Source of the DNA: Nitrospirota bacterium
GTDB taxonomy: Bacteria; Nitrospirota; Nitrospiria; 2-01-FULL-66-17
NCBI GenBank assembly: GCA_049325335.1
Contig: JBMOMC010000006.1
Location: 32,001-96,000 of the forward strand
Length of the DNA stretch: 64,000 nt
Reading direction: 5' to 3'
Position numbers and translations under genes: made by a program. The first letter of the stretch is position 1, and every line of letters starts with the position of its first letter. Shown piece by piece: positions 10,428-20,146 of the stretch. Below the pieces are notes generated by a model. That model saw nothing but the letters and a program-made list of their open reading frames with translations. It made no database searches and had not been told where the DNA came from.

Positions 10428-11285
10428 ATGAACGTGCTTAGGACCGGTCTGCTGCTGGCAGTGCTCGCGGGCATCCTGGTCGCGGTGGGAGGACTGGTGG
10501 GCGGGCAGGGGGGCGCGACCTTTGCGCTGATCCTCGCGCTAGTGATGAACCTCGTGGCCTACTGGTTCTCCGACAAGATCGTCCTGGCCATGTATCGGGC
10601 AAAACCGGTGTCGGAGGCTGAGGCGCCGGAGCTGCACCGGATCGTGCGAAACCTGGCGCGCAAGGCGGGGATTCCCATGCCTCGCATCTATCGGATCGAA
10701 CACCCGACGCCCAACGCGTTTGCGACGGGCCGCAATCCCTCGCATGCCGCCATCGCGGTGACCACGGGGATCGAAACGCTTCTGGAGGCGGAGGAACTCG
10801 AAGGGGTGCTGGGCCACGAGCTAGCGCACGTGCTCCATCGCGACATCCTGATCAGCACCATCGCCGCGACGATCGCCGGGGCAATCAGTTATCTCACCTA
10901 TTGGGCGCAGTGGAGCCTGATGCTGGGGGGCAATCATCGGGACCGTGATGGGGGACCGGCTCAGTTGATCGCGGCTCTGGTCGCCATCATCGTTGCCCCG
11001 CTTGCCGCGATGCTGGTTCAGTTGGCGATCTCGCGCGGGCGGGAGTACCACGCGGATGAGGGCGGCGCGGCTCTGACCAACCCGCTGAGTCTGGCCTCGG
11101 CCCTGCGCAAACTGGAGGCGGGCAATCGGCGGATTCCGCTCGACGCCAATCCTGGCACCGCGCACCTGTTCATCGTCAACCCCTTGCGCGGGGGCGGATG
11201 GGCCACCCTCTTCTCAACCCATCCCCCGATTGGCGAGCGGGTCGCGAGGCTGGAGGCGATGGCGGGGCGCCGCCTCGTTCGGTAG
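10428..11285 (+). CDS. htpX: Zinc metalloprotease HtpX
   Basis: [28 protein letters not shown]. Confidence 0.93.
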   Translation: MNVLRTGLLLAVLAGILVAVGGLVGGQGGATFALILALVMNLVAYWFSDKIVLAMYRAKPVSEAEAPELHRIVRNLARKAGIPMPRIYRIEHPTPNAFATGRNPSHAAIAVTTGIETLLEAEELEGVLGHELAHVLHRDILISTIAATIAGAISYLTYWAQWSLMLGGNHRDRDGGPAQLIAALVAIIVAPLAAMLVQLAISRGREYHADEGGAALTNPLSLASALRKLEAGNRRIPLDANPGTAHLFIVNPLRGGGWATLFSTHPPIGERVARLEAMAGRRLVR

Positions 11286-11335
11286 CGGATCACGGTTTTC
11301 GAAGGCGCGAATCGAGGTTTTCTGATTGGCCGACG

Positions 11336-12097
11336 ATGAATAGAAGATCATCCACTTCTATTGTCTTGATTTCTGCCGTCCTCGTTTCGTGGGCGTTTGC
11401 CTGGGCGGGAGACGAAACCGAGATCATCGATCTCGGCCTCTCATCAAGGGACTATCGAGAAGGTCAGGTGCCCTCGGGTTGGACATTGCGCAAGTGGTTC
11501 GGCCTGCCGAAGGGAGCCAGCGCAGCGTGGGCCATCGAGAATGGGGTGCCGGCCGTGAAACTTCGTTCCAACGGCGCGCTGACCTTTCTCGAGAAATGGG
11601 TTGACATCGATATCCAGGCCCACCCGGTCGTGACGTGGAAGTGGAGGGTGCGAAATATTCTTCAAAGGATTGACGAGACAACGAAAGCGGGCGACGACCA
11701 TCCGATCAGACTGCTGTTCGTCTTTGCCCCTGACGAATCTCGGCAATCCGTTTGGTTTCGGTTCAAGCGGTTTGTCTATCTCGACCGCGTTCATGGGCAT
11801 CCGATGGGGAGCCGATTTATCGAATATCTCTGGAGCAGCCGTCTTCGAGCCGGTGACGTCATCGACGATCCGGGGAAGTCCGGGCAGAAGCTGGTAGTCG
11901 TGGAGAGCGGCAGCACGAACCTGGGCAGATGGTTGTCGTATCAGAGAAACCTGTATCGGGAATTTCAGACACTGTATGGAGAAGAACCTCGGCGACTCGT
12001 GAAGATCGGCATCATCAACGACACCGATCAAACAGCGCAGGAAGCCGTCAGTTACATCGTCGATCTGACCTTCGGTCGGTCGGGAACGGCCGACTGA
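11336..12097 (+). CDS. DUF3047-like exported protein
   Basis: Signal peptide; PVVTWKWRV ... KAGDDHPIRL ... VVESG ... GRWLSYQRNL ... GIINDTD. Confidence 0.75.
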   Translation: MNRRSSTSIVLISAVLVSWAFAWAGDETEIIDLGLSSRDYREGQVPSGWTLRKWFGLPKGASAAWAIENGVPAVKLRSNGALTFLEKWVDIDIQAHPVVTWKWRVRNILQRIDETTKAGDDHPIRLLFVFAPDESRQSVWFRFKRFVYLDRVHGHPMGSRFIEYLWSSRLRAGDVIDDPGKSGQKLVVVESGSTNLGRWLSYQRNLYREFQTLYGEEPRRLVKIGIINDTDQTAQEAVSYIVDLTFGRSGTAD

Positions 12098-12129
12098 TTC
12101 CATAGCGCGCTGCAACTGGAGAGGAAGCG

Positions 12130-13542
12130 ATGAACGTGTCATGGCTCACTGCAAACTCGACCGGCTGGCTTCAGTGGCGCAAGATGCGTCCATCGGTGGT
12201 TCTCATTCTGGCCGCGCTGGGGGGAAACAGCGGGATTGCTCTCGGCGCCGAAGGGGAGGCGCCGATCGTAGCGGCGCTCACCTTGGAGCAGAGCCTTCGG
12301 TTTGCCGAGGAGCACAACCCTCAACTCGTTGCGGCCCATGAGAAGGTTCGTTCCGCCGAGGCCGGTATCGTGGAGATGCGTTCCGGCCTGTACCCGCACC
12401 TCGACGCCAGCGCCGGCGTGTTCCACCTCGAATCTCCTCCCACCCTGACACTGGGTCCTCTCAGTGTCCCGATCGGCCGGGAGGACATGAGGTTTATCAA
12501 CGTGGGTGCGACGCAGACATTGTACGCCGGCGGCCGCATCCAGGGTGGCATTGAGTCGGCGCGGCTCGCCCGGGTTGACGCCAAGGAGCGGCTCCGGGCC
12601 TTGAGCCGCGAAGTAGCGGCGCAGGTGAAGAACGCGTTTTACGGCGTGCTGTTCGCGCGCGAACTGGTCAGGGTCAGGCAGGACGCGCTGGCCCTGTTGC
12701 AGGAGCATCTGGCCACGACGCAAGCGAGGTTTCGGCAAGGCACCGCGGCCGAGTTCGATATGCTGCGGGCGGATGTGGAGGTGGCGAACGCGCGTCCGCC
12801 GCTGATTGAGGTGGAAAATCAGTTGGCGACGGCGGAGGAACGCTTCAAAAGAGCGCTGGGTTTTGATCTTGACAGCGCCGTCAGCGTTAACGGCGAGCTT
12901 CGGCAACGGCCGGTCCCGTTCGCGGGCGCCGAAGCGGCAGCAGAGTCGGCCGCCTACGCCTGCCGTGCCGAAGTCGAGGCGGCCAGAGCGGCGGTTCGGC
13001 TTGCCGACACGCAGACCCGCATCGCGCGGGCCGGCGACAAACCCACGGTGTCGCTCTCTGCGAACTACTTCGGCACGTCGCCGGAGTACTTCATGGCGCC
13101 GTCGGAGGATTTGCGCTGGAACTGGATGGCAGGGGTCAACGTGACCCTGCCGCTGTTCTCCGGGTTTGAAACCCGCGGGCGGGTCGCCAAATTTCAGGCG
13201 GAATCCGCGGGGGCACTGGCCCAAGTTCACGACGTGGAGCAGCAGGTTCGGCTGGAGACGCGGCAGGCCTTCCTGCGAATCAAGGAGGCGGAGGAACTCG
13301 TACGCTCGCAGGCCCAGAACGTGGTGCAGGCGGAGAAGGCGTTGCGCATTGCGCGCCGGCGCTATGAGCAGGGCCTGGGGACGCAGCTCGATGTGACGGA
13401 TAGTCGGGTGGCGCTCACCCAGGCGCGGGTCAACGAACTGTCCGCTCTCTATCGACATGAGCTCGCCGTCGCCGAGCTCGATCGGGCGGTGGGCTGCCCA
13501 CCGGGCACGCCAACGGAGGGACGGGAAGGAGACGAACCGTGA
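12130..13542 (+). CDS. TolC-family outer membrane efflux protein
   Basis: Two OEP-like repeats (LYPHLDASA, VTLPLFSG, RYEQGLGTQLDV). The true start may be slightly downstream. Confidence 0.88.
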   Translation: MNVSWLTANSTGWLQWRKMRPSVVLILAALGGNSGIALGAEGEAPIVAALTLEQSLRFAEEHNPQLVAAHEKVRSAEAGIVEMRSGLYPHLDASAGVFHLESPPTLTLGPLSVPIGREDMRFINVGATQTLYAGGRIQGGIESARLARVDAKERLRALSREVAAQVKNAFYGVLFARELVRVRQDALALLQEHLATTQARFRQGTAAEFDMLRADVEVANARPPLIEVENQLATAEERFKRALGFDLDSAVSVNGELRQRPVPFAGAEAAAESAAYACRAEVEAARAAVRLADTQTRIARAGDKPTVSLSANYFGTSPEYFMAPSEDLRWNWMAGVNVTLPLFSGFETRGRVAKFQAESAGALAQVHDVEQQVRLETRQAFLRIKEAEELVRSQAQNVVQAEKALRIARRRYEQGLGTQLDVTDSRVALTQARVNELSALYRHELAVAELDRAVGCPPGTPTEGREGDEP

Positions 13543-14486
13543 GGAGGAACACTCAACGCGGCCTGTGGGCACTGGGACTGCTGGTGATCGCCGGCGCGAT
13601 CTGGGGTGCTTGGCGTTGGTTCGCACCAGCGGGCCTGCCGGAGGGCATCCTGGAGGGGTATGGGCGGATCGAGGGGACGGAAGTCACCGTGAGCAGCAAG
13701 GTGTCGGGCCGCATCGCGAAGTTGGCCGTTGCTGAAGGCGATCGTGTGGAGCAGGGCACGCTGATCGCGGAGCTGTCGGCCGATGAGATCGAGGCCCGCC
13801 TGGCCCAGGCCAGTGGCCGGTTGCTGGCCGCCGAGAAACAGGTCAAACAGCTGGCCGCGCGCCTTGCGACCCTCGAACACCATGCGTCCAAGGCGGAAAC
13901 CGACCACCGGCGGTACCAGGCCCTGTTGCAGGAGGGCGCCGTCTCTACGCAGGAATTGGACCGATCGGAAAACGCCGTGCGCGCCGCGGAAGGGGACGTG
14001 ACGGCCGCCCGCGAACTCCTGTCTGCGGCCCGGGCGGAGGTGACCACCGCACGCGCCGCGCGGGATGAGGCCCAAGTGGCCGCGACCGAGACGCGCATCA
14101 CCTCGCCGCTTGCAGGGACTGTCACCACCAAGCCGGTGGAGGCCGGCGAACTCGTGTTTCCGGGCAAGCCGATCGTGGTCCTGGTGAATCTGAACCGACC
14201 GTACCTGCGGGTCTATTTGCCCGAACGCGACATCGGCAAGGTCAAGCTGGGTGATCCCGCGCGTGTGTACATCGACTCGTTTCCCGATCGGCCGTTCGCG
14301 GCCACGGTGACCGAGGTCGCCAACAAAGCCGAGTTTACGCCCAAGGACGTGCACATGCCCGATGAGCGCGTGACCCTGGTGTACAGCGTCAAGCTGGAGA
14401 TCACCAATCCCGAGGGGATCCTGAAACCGGGCATGCCGGCCGATGCGCTCATCCGTTGGAAGCCGGATGCGGACTGGGGCCGATAG
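13539..14486 (+). CDS. HlyD-family membrane fusion protein (YbhG-like)
   Basis: N-terminal TM; VSSKVSGRI and ITSPLAGTV lipoyl halves; AEFTPKDV; LKPGMPAD. Confidence 0.9.
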   Translation: MRRNTQRGLWALGLLVIAGAIWGAWRWFAPAGLPEGILEGYGRIEGTEVTVSSKVSGRIAKLAVAEGDRVEQGTLIAELSADEIEARLAQASGRLLAAEKQVKQLAARLATLEHHASKAETDHRRYQALLQEGAVSTQELDRSENAVRAAEGDVTAARELLSAARAEVTTARAARDEAQVAATETRITSPLAGTVTTKPVEAGELVFPGKPIVVLVNLNRPYLRVYLPERDIGKVKLGDPARVYIDSFPDRPFAATVTEVANKAEFTPKDVHMPDERVTLVYSVKLEITNPEGILKPGMPADALIRWKPDADWGR

Positions 14487-14490
14487 GCTC

Positions 14491-16419
14491 ATGGCCGAGC
14501 AATTCGTAATCGAGACGCGCGCCCTCACCCGCCGGTACCGCGAGCGCACGGCCGTGCAGGGGCTATCCCTTTCCGTTCGCCGCGGCGAAGTGTTCGGCCT
14601 GCTCGGTTCCGACGGCGCCGGTAAGACCACGACGCTGCAGATGCTCGCGGCCATCCTCGACCCCGCCGAAGGATCGGCCACGGTGTTGGGGTACGACACG
14701 GTGCGCGAGGCGCCCGCGGTGACTGCTCGGCTCGGGTATATGTCGCAGACCTTCAGCCTCTACGGCCGGCTGTCGGTGGACGAGAACCTGGAGTTCTTCG
14801 CCGATCTCCATCGGGTGCCCGAACCGACACGAAGCGAGCGCACGCGGCGGTTGCTGGATTTCGCCCGCCTGGTGCCGCACCGCGGCCGGGCCGCGCGCCA
14901 CCTGTCCGGTGGCATGCAAAAGAAACTCGCATTGTGTTGCGCCCTGATCCATCAGCCAGATCTCTTGATCCTGGACGAACCGACCACGGGCGTGGATCCG
15001 GTCTCGCGCCGCGAATTCTGGAATATTTTGTATCAAGCGCTTACCGCGGGAGCGACTATCGTGGTCTCCACGCCCTACATGGACGAGGCCGAGCGCTGCA
15101 CGCGCGTGGCGTTGCTGCACGAAGGCCGACTTATCGCCTGCGACACCCCGGCGCGGCTACGCGCCGAACTGCCGGGCCGCATGCTCGCGATCAACGCGCG
15201 GCCGCAGCGTCAGGCGCTCGCGATCCTCCAGGAAACCCTGCCGAAGGCGCGTCCCTATGTGTTCGGCGAGACCCTGCACCTTCACCAAGAAGAACAGATC
15301 ATGTCGGACACGTCATTACAGGACTTGCTTATCTCGCGCGGCGTGACGGTCGCGCAGATCCGTCCGGTCAGTCCCAGTTTGGAGGACGTGTTCGTCAGGC
15401 GTCTGGCGGAGGCCGCACCGGTGTCTCCGCCGTCTCCGGTCGCGGTCTCCACCAGAACCGGCGCGGAGATCGCGGTGCAGGCACAGGATCTCACGATACG
15501 TTTCGACAGCTTCACGGCCGTCGACCGAGTCAGTTTATCGGTGCGGCGCGGGGAGATCTTCGGATTTCTGGGTCCCAACGGGTCGGGCAAGACCACCACC
15601 ATCCGCATGTTGTGCGGGTTGCTCGCGCCAACGGAGGGGCGGGCCAAGGTGGCGGGATTTGATATCGGCCAAGAGCCTTCGGCGGTTAAGGCGCGCATCG
15701 GCTATATGTCACAGCGTTTCTCATTGTACGACGATATGACGGTGGACGAGAACCTCGCGTTTTTTTCCGGCGCTTACGGCGTGCCGGTCGCTGAGCTGCC
15801 CGCACGGCGCGAGTGGGCACTGATCTTGGCGGGGCTTGCGGGCTCGGAGTCGCGGCCGGTGCGCTCCCTCTCCGGCGGGGTGAAACAACGCCTGGCCCTG
15901 GCCTGCGCCGTGCTGCACGAACCGGAGGTGCTGTTTCTGGACGAGCCCACGGCGGGCGTTGATCCGCTGTCCCGGCGCCGCTTTTGGGAGCTGATCTACC
16001 ACTTGTCCGATCGGGGCGTGACCGTGTTCGTCACCACGCATTACATGGACGAGGCGGAGCACTGCCACACCCTCGGGTTGCTCTACTCCGGGCGTCTGAT
16101 CGCCCTGGGTTCGCCACAGGCGCTGCGGGACGGTATGCGCGCCGGAGAAATGCTGGAGTTGGAGTGCGATCAACCGATCCAGGCGCTGGCGATTTTTCAA
16201 GAGGCAGAAGGGATCCGAGCCTCCTTCTTCGGCGATCGGCTGCATCTCCTGGTCGACGACGCGGAGGCGGCGAGGCCGCGGATACTCGATCGCCTGCAGC
16301 GGGAAGGCCATCGGGTCCACCGGGTCGAGCGCGTGCCCTTGAGCATCGAGGACGTGTTCATCGCCTTCATCGAGATGGAGCAGGCTCGTCTCGAAGCGGC
16401 AAACGCGCGGGGAGGGTAG
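14491..16419 (+). CDS. Dual-domain ABC transporter ATPase (YbhF-like)
   Basis: Two Walker A motifs (GSDGAGKT, GPNGSGKT), two LSGG signatures, two LDEPT Walker B motifs. Confidence 0.92.
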   Translation: MAEQFVIETRALTRRYRERTAVQGLSLSVRRGEVFGLLGSDGAGKTTTLQMLAAILDPAEGSATVLGYDTVREAPAVTARLGYMSQTFSLYGRLSVDENLEFFADLHRVPEPTRSERTRRLLDFARLVPHRGRAARHLSGGMQKKLALCCALIHQPDLLILDEPTTGVDPVSRREFWNILYQALTAGATIVVSTPYMDEAERCTRVALLHEGRLIACDTPARLRAELPGRMLAINARPQRQALAILQETLPKARPYVFGETLHLHQEEQIMSDTSLQDLLISRGVTVAQIRPVSPSLEDVFVRRLAEAAPVSPPSPVAVSTRTGAEIAVQAQDLTIRFDSFTAVDRVSLSVRRGEIFGFLGPNGSGKTTTIRMLCGLLAPTEGRAKVAGFDIGQEPSAVKARIGYMSQRFSLYDDMTVDENLAFFSGAYGVPVAELPARREWALILAGLAGSESRPVRSLSGGVKQRLALACAVLHEPEVLFLDEPTAGVDPLSRRRFWELIYHLSDRGVTVFVTTHYMDEAEHCHTLGLLYSGRLIALGSPQALRDGMRAGEMLELECDQPIQALAIFQEAEGIRASFFGDRLHLLVDDAEAARPRILDRLQREGHRVHRVERVPLSIEDVFIAFIEMEQARLEAANARGG

Positions 16420-16566
16420 CCTGAGACCCCCGCAAAACAAGAAGTTTGGCTTCAGACGAGGCGCGGCGCAGCTGAGCAGCGGAGCATACACGACAGTATG
16501 TGAGCAGCGGAAACAAGCCGCAACGAAGTATCAAGACAACATCCGCAGTTTTGCGGGGGTCTCAGG
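16420..16566. mobile_element. 147-bp MITE-like element with 19-bp perfect terminal inverted repeats
   Basis: CCTGAGACCCCCGCAAAAC (16420-16438) and GTTTTGCGGGGGTCTCAGG (16548-16566). The element fills the whole gap between the ATPase TAG and the permease ATG. Confidence 0.75.
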
Positions 16567-17670
16567 ATGAGAAGCCTGATCGGTGCGGTGATCTGGAAGG
16601 AGGTGCGCGAGATCCGCCGCGACCCCGTGATCATCTGGGTGGCCGCGGTCCTGCCGCTCATCATGCTCTACCTGTACGGCTCAGCCCTGTCGCTTGACGT
16701 CAAAGACGCGGCGCTCGCGGTCTACGACCAGGACAAGAGTCCCGAGAGCCGTGCCCTGATCGACGCGTTTCCGCATTCGGGCTATTTCCGCCTCGCCCAC
16801 GAGATCCGCGCGAACGCGGACATCGGGCCGCTGCTTGATCGGGGCCGGGCGCGGCTGGTATTGGTGATCCCGAGCGATTTCTCCGAGCACCTCGCGGCCG
16901 GCGAGACCGCCATGGTCCAGACGCTGGTCGACGGCTCGTTTTCCGCGACGGCCATGGTGATCGCGGGGTACGCCGCCGCCATCATCCAGAACTACAACGT
17001 GGAGCGGACACACCACATACCCGCCCCCATCACCGTGGAAAGCCGCGTATGGTTCAACGCGCCGCTCAAGAGCGTGAACTACATCGTGCCGGGCTTGTTT
17101 GGGGTCATCCTGATGGCGTTCCCGCCGCTGCTCACGGCGCTCGCGGTGGTGCGAGAAAAGGAGGCGGGATCGGTGCAACAAATCTTCGTCTCGCCGATCC
17201 GGCCGTACCAGTTCATCGCCGGGAAGATGGTGCCGTACGCCGTCATCGCCTTCCTGGAGATGCTCCTGATCCTGGTTGCCGGTCTGTGGGGGTTCGGGAT
17301 TCCGTTTCAGGGGAGCCTGCCGCTGTTTCTCGCCGCCACCACGATTTACGTCTTCTGCACGGTGGGCCTTGGCCTGTTGATCTCCACGGTCACGCGCAGC
17401 CAACTCGTGGCCATGCTGCTCGCGCTCATCGTGACCCTCATGCCCTCGTTCTTGTTCTCCGGGTTTCTGTTCCCGATCTTCACCATGCCGAAGATGATGC
17501 AGATGTACACGTATCTGTTCCCGGCGCGCTATTTCATCGAAATTGTTCGCGGCATCGTCATGAAGGACGTGGGCCTGGAGTTTCTGTGGCCGCAGTTTCT
17601 CCTGCTCGTCGTCTACACGACGGTCGTCTTCACTGTCGCCACCCTGCAGTTTCACAAGAAGATGGCCTGA
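16567..17670 (+). CDS. ABC-2 transporter permease (YbhS-like)
   Basis: KEVREIRRD, VVREKEAGSVQQIFVSP, SFLFSGFLFP; multiple TM segments. Confidence 0.9.
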   Translation: MRSLIGAVIWKEVREIRRDPVIIWVAAVLPLIMLYLYGSALSLDVKDAALAVYDQDKSPESRALIDAFPHSGYFRLAHEIRANADIGPLLDRGRARLVLVIPSDFSEHLAAGETAMVQTLVDGSFSATAMVIAGYAAAIIQNYNVERTHHIPAPITVESRVWFNAPLKSVNYIVPGLFGVILMAFPPLLTALAVVREKEAGSVQQIFVSPIRPYQFIAGKMVPYAVIAFLEMLLILVAGLWGFGIPFQGSLPLFLAATTIYVFCTVGLGLLISTVTRSQLVAMLLALIVTLMPSFLFSGFLFPIFTMPKMMQMYTYLFPARYFIEIVRGIVMKDVGLEFLWPQFLLLVVYTTVVFTVATLQFHKKMA

Positions 17671-18788
17671 TGATCAATACGGCACGCCTGGCAGCGGTCA
17701 TGCGCAAGGAGTTGATTCAGTTTCTACGGGACCGCTTCATGCTGCTCCTGATTGTCTTCCTGTATACGGCCGAGATCCTGATGTGCACCTATGCCTTGTC
17801 GTTCGACGTGCGCCACCTGCCCACGGTGGTGGCCGACTTCGACCGCTCCGCCGCGAGCCGCCTGCTCACCGAGCGGTTCCGCAGCTCGGGATATTTCGAC
17901 ATCAATCACCAGACGACGCGTGACGCTGACCTGGCCGCCCTCCTCAATCGGGGCGAGGCCCTGGCGGCGCTGGTGATCCCCCCGGAATTTTCTCGGCATT
18001 TGGCAGCCGGGACGCCGGTGTCGGTGCAGCTCCTGCTCGACGGGGCTAACGCCAATACGGCGAGCGTGGCCCAGGGATACGCCCAACGCATCGTGCAAGC
18101 GTACGCCCTGGATCGCCTCCAGGCGTTCGCACCCGAACCATTGGCCTTGTCGGTCGAGCACCGGCCGCGTATCTGGTACAACTCCGAGCTCAAGTACGCC
18201 TACTTCATGGTGCTGTCCATGATCGCCCTGGCCGGGATGATGGTCGGGGTGATCACCGCGGCGGCCGGCATCGTACGCGAGAAGGAGTCCGGCACCATCG
18301 AACAGATGCTGGTTACGCCGGTCAGACCTGCCGAACTGCTCGCGGCCAAGATGCTGCCCACCCTGCTTGTCGGATTGCTGGCGCTCGTGCCGAGCCTACT
18401 CATTGCCGCGTGGATCGGCGTGCCGATGCGCGGGAGCCTGGCGCTGTTCTTTCTCCTCTCCGCCGTGTTCCTGGTCAGCAGCATGGGCATCGGTATCCTG
18501 GTCGCGACCTTCGCGGACACCTTGCAGCAGGCGTTGTTGATGTCGTTCTTCGCCCTGTTTCCCATCCTGTTCCTGTCCGGAACCCTGGTGCCGGTGGAGA
18601 GTATGCCGGTGTGGCTCCAATACCTCGCGGAGCTGAGCCCGCTGACGCACTATATGGACGCCACGCTGGGGATCTTCCTCAAGGGCGTTGGGATGGAAGT
18701 CCTGTGGCATCCACTTGCCGCGATCTCTTTGATTGCGTCAGCACTGTTGGCCGGTGGGATTTTGCAACTGCGGCGTCGTATGCGTTAG
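17670..18788 (+). CDS. ABC-2 transporter permease (YbhR-like)
   Basis: Start reassigned to ATG 17670 (TGATG overlap); RKELIQFLRD, IVREKESGTIEQMLVTP. Confidence 0.9.
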   Translation: MINTARLAAVMRKELIQFLRDRFMLLLIVFLYTAEILMCTYALSFDVRHLPTVVADFDRSAASRLLTERFRSSGYFDINHQTTRDADLAALLNRGEALAALVIPPEFSRHLAAGTPVSVQLLLDGANANTASVAQGYAQRIVQAYALDRLQAFAPEPLALSVEHRPRIWYNSELKYAYFMVLSMIALAGMMVGVITAAAGIVREKESGTIEQMLVTPVRPAELLAAKMLPTLLVGLLALVPSLLIAAWIGVPMRGSLALFFLLSAVFLVSSMGIGILVATFADTLQQALLMSFFALFPILFLSGTLVPVESMPVWLQYLAELSPLTHYMDATLGIFLKGVGMEVLWHPLAAISLIASALLAGGILQLRRRMR

Positions 18789-18824
18789 AACGAGAGCGTT
18801 TGGATTCAACAAGGAGACACGACC

Positions 18825-18974
18825 ATGGAAAAAGATCCGGTGTGCGGGATGCTGGTGGACGAGAAAAGAGCCGCGGCCACCAGCAGCTACAAGGGGAAGT
18901 CCTTCTGGTTTTGCTCCGCGTCGTGCAAAGAGAAGTTCGAGAAGGATCCCGGAAGGTTTATCACACAACCATAG
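18825..18974 (+). CDS. YHS-domain small protein (49 aa; absent from ORF track)
   Basis: MEKDPVCGMLVDEKRAAATSSYKGKSFWFCSASCKEKFEKDPGRFITQP; RBS AAGGAG. Confidence 0.88.
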   Translation: MEKDPVCGMLVDEKRAAATSSYKGKSFWFCSASCKEKFEKDPGRFITQP

Positions 18975-18987
18975 AGGAGGAACTCAC

Positions 18988-19308
18988 ATGAAGATCCGGA
19001 CAATCGGAGCGCTGGTGTTTGCCCTGCCCATTGTGGTCGCCCCCGTGGTATCCGCCCAGATGATGGGCGGGGGGACGGAGATGAAGGGGGGAGAGATGGG
19101 GATGATGAAGGGCATGGACCGGGACCAGATGATGCACGAGATGATGGGCATGATGCGCACCATGATGAAACGGATGGAGGGGATGACGCAGGATCAACAA
19201 ATGAAGCGCGAAATGGGCGACATGATGAAGCAGATGGACGAGATGATGAAACAGCACGAAGCGATGATGAAAGGGCCTGGCATGATGCAGAAGGGATCGC
19301 CGAAATAG
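18988..19308 (+). CDS. Exported methionine-rich protein (putative Cu/Ag binding)
   Basis: RBS GAGGAGG; signal peptide ending VSA; 29 Met in 106 aa by hand count. Confidence 0.75.
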   Translation: MKIRTIGALVFALPIVVAPVVSAQMMGGGTEMKGGEMGMMKGMDRDQMMHEMMGMMRTMMKRMEGMTQDQQMKREMGDMMKQMDEMMKQHEAMMKGPGMMQKGSPK

Positions 19309-19342
19309 ACGACGAAGCAGGCCACTTGGAGGCCAACGGGAT

Positions 19343-20098
19343 GTGAATCAGCCCGGCCTGATCCCACACAATACACGGTTGACGCTCCGGGGCTTGCCGA
19401 TCAGCATTCGGTGGCTGTTGAGCTGCTTCCTCGTCACCATCGGGCTGGGTTATCTCCTTGCCTTGACCTACCTCTTTCTGTTGGACGTCGAGCCTCATCG
19501 GACGATGGGGATGAACCTGGTCCAGGCGACGATCGTGAAGTATTACGGGAACCGAGGAGATACGCGGCTGGAGGCTGCCCTGAACGGCTCGATGGCGGGG
19601 AACATTGACTCGGCCGAAAAGTCCGACGTGATCGTATGGATACGCAACGGCGCATCAGCCACAGAATATGAAAAGGTCCAGCCGTTGTTTGCGAAAAACT
19701 GCGTGTCCTGCCACAGCAAGGATTCCGGCTATCCCGTTCCACCGCTGACGAGTTATGAGGAAGTCCGCAAATTCGCTGAGGTGGATGTGGGACAATCCGT
19801 GCGTACGTTGGCCCGTGTCAGCCACGTCCATTTGTTCGGCATCGGTTTCTTGTTTCTTTTGACCGGCTCCATTTTCGCGCTGAGCCAGATCAATAAACGG
19901 CTGCGTCTGGCCATTGTGGCTCTTCCCTTCATCGCGATCTGGCTGGACATCGGATCCTGGTGGTTCACAAAGTATCAGCCGGTCTTCGCGTACACCGTGG
20001 TGATCGGAGGTGCGTTGATGAGCCTGGCGCTCGCGGCCCAGATCCTGATCTCGCTCTGGGAAATGTGGTTGAAAACAGAAGCCACGGAGACGACCTGA
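19343..20098 (+). CDS. Membrane protein with one c-type heme motif
   Basis: N-terminal TM, CVSCH, SHVHLFG, then three further TM helices. Confidence 0.7.
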   Translation: MNQPGLIPHNTRLTLRGLPISIRWLLSCFLVTIGLGYLLALTYLFLLDVEPHRTMGMNLVQATIVKYYGNRGDTRLEAALNGSMAGNIDSAEKSDVIVWIRNGASATEYEKVQPLFAKNCVSCHSKDSGYPVPPLTSYEEVRKFAEVDVGQSVRTLARVSHVHLFGIGFLFLLTGSIFALSQINKRLRLAIVALPFIAIWLDIGSWWFTKYQPVFAYTVVIGGALMSLALAAQILISLWEMWLKTEATETT

Positions 20099-20146
20099 GT
20101 GCTTTTGGTTGTAGACATCGCGGACGCAGTTCTCCAATACTGACGC

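Noticed and set aside
19060..19290. ATG-rich repetitive DNA as a tandem repeat or array
   Set aside because: Explained by the Met-rich coding sequence; there is no fixed repeat unit with spacers.
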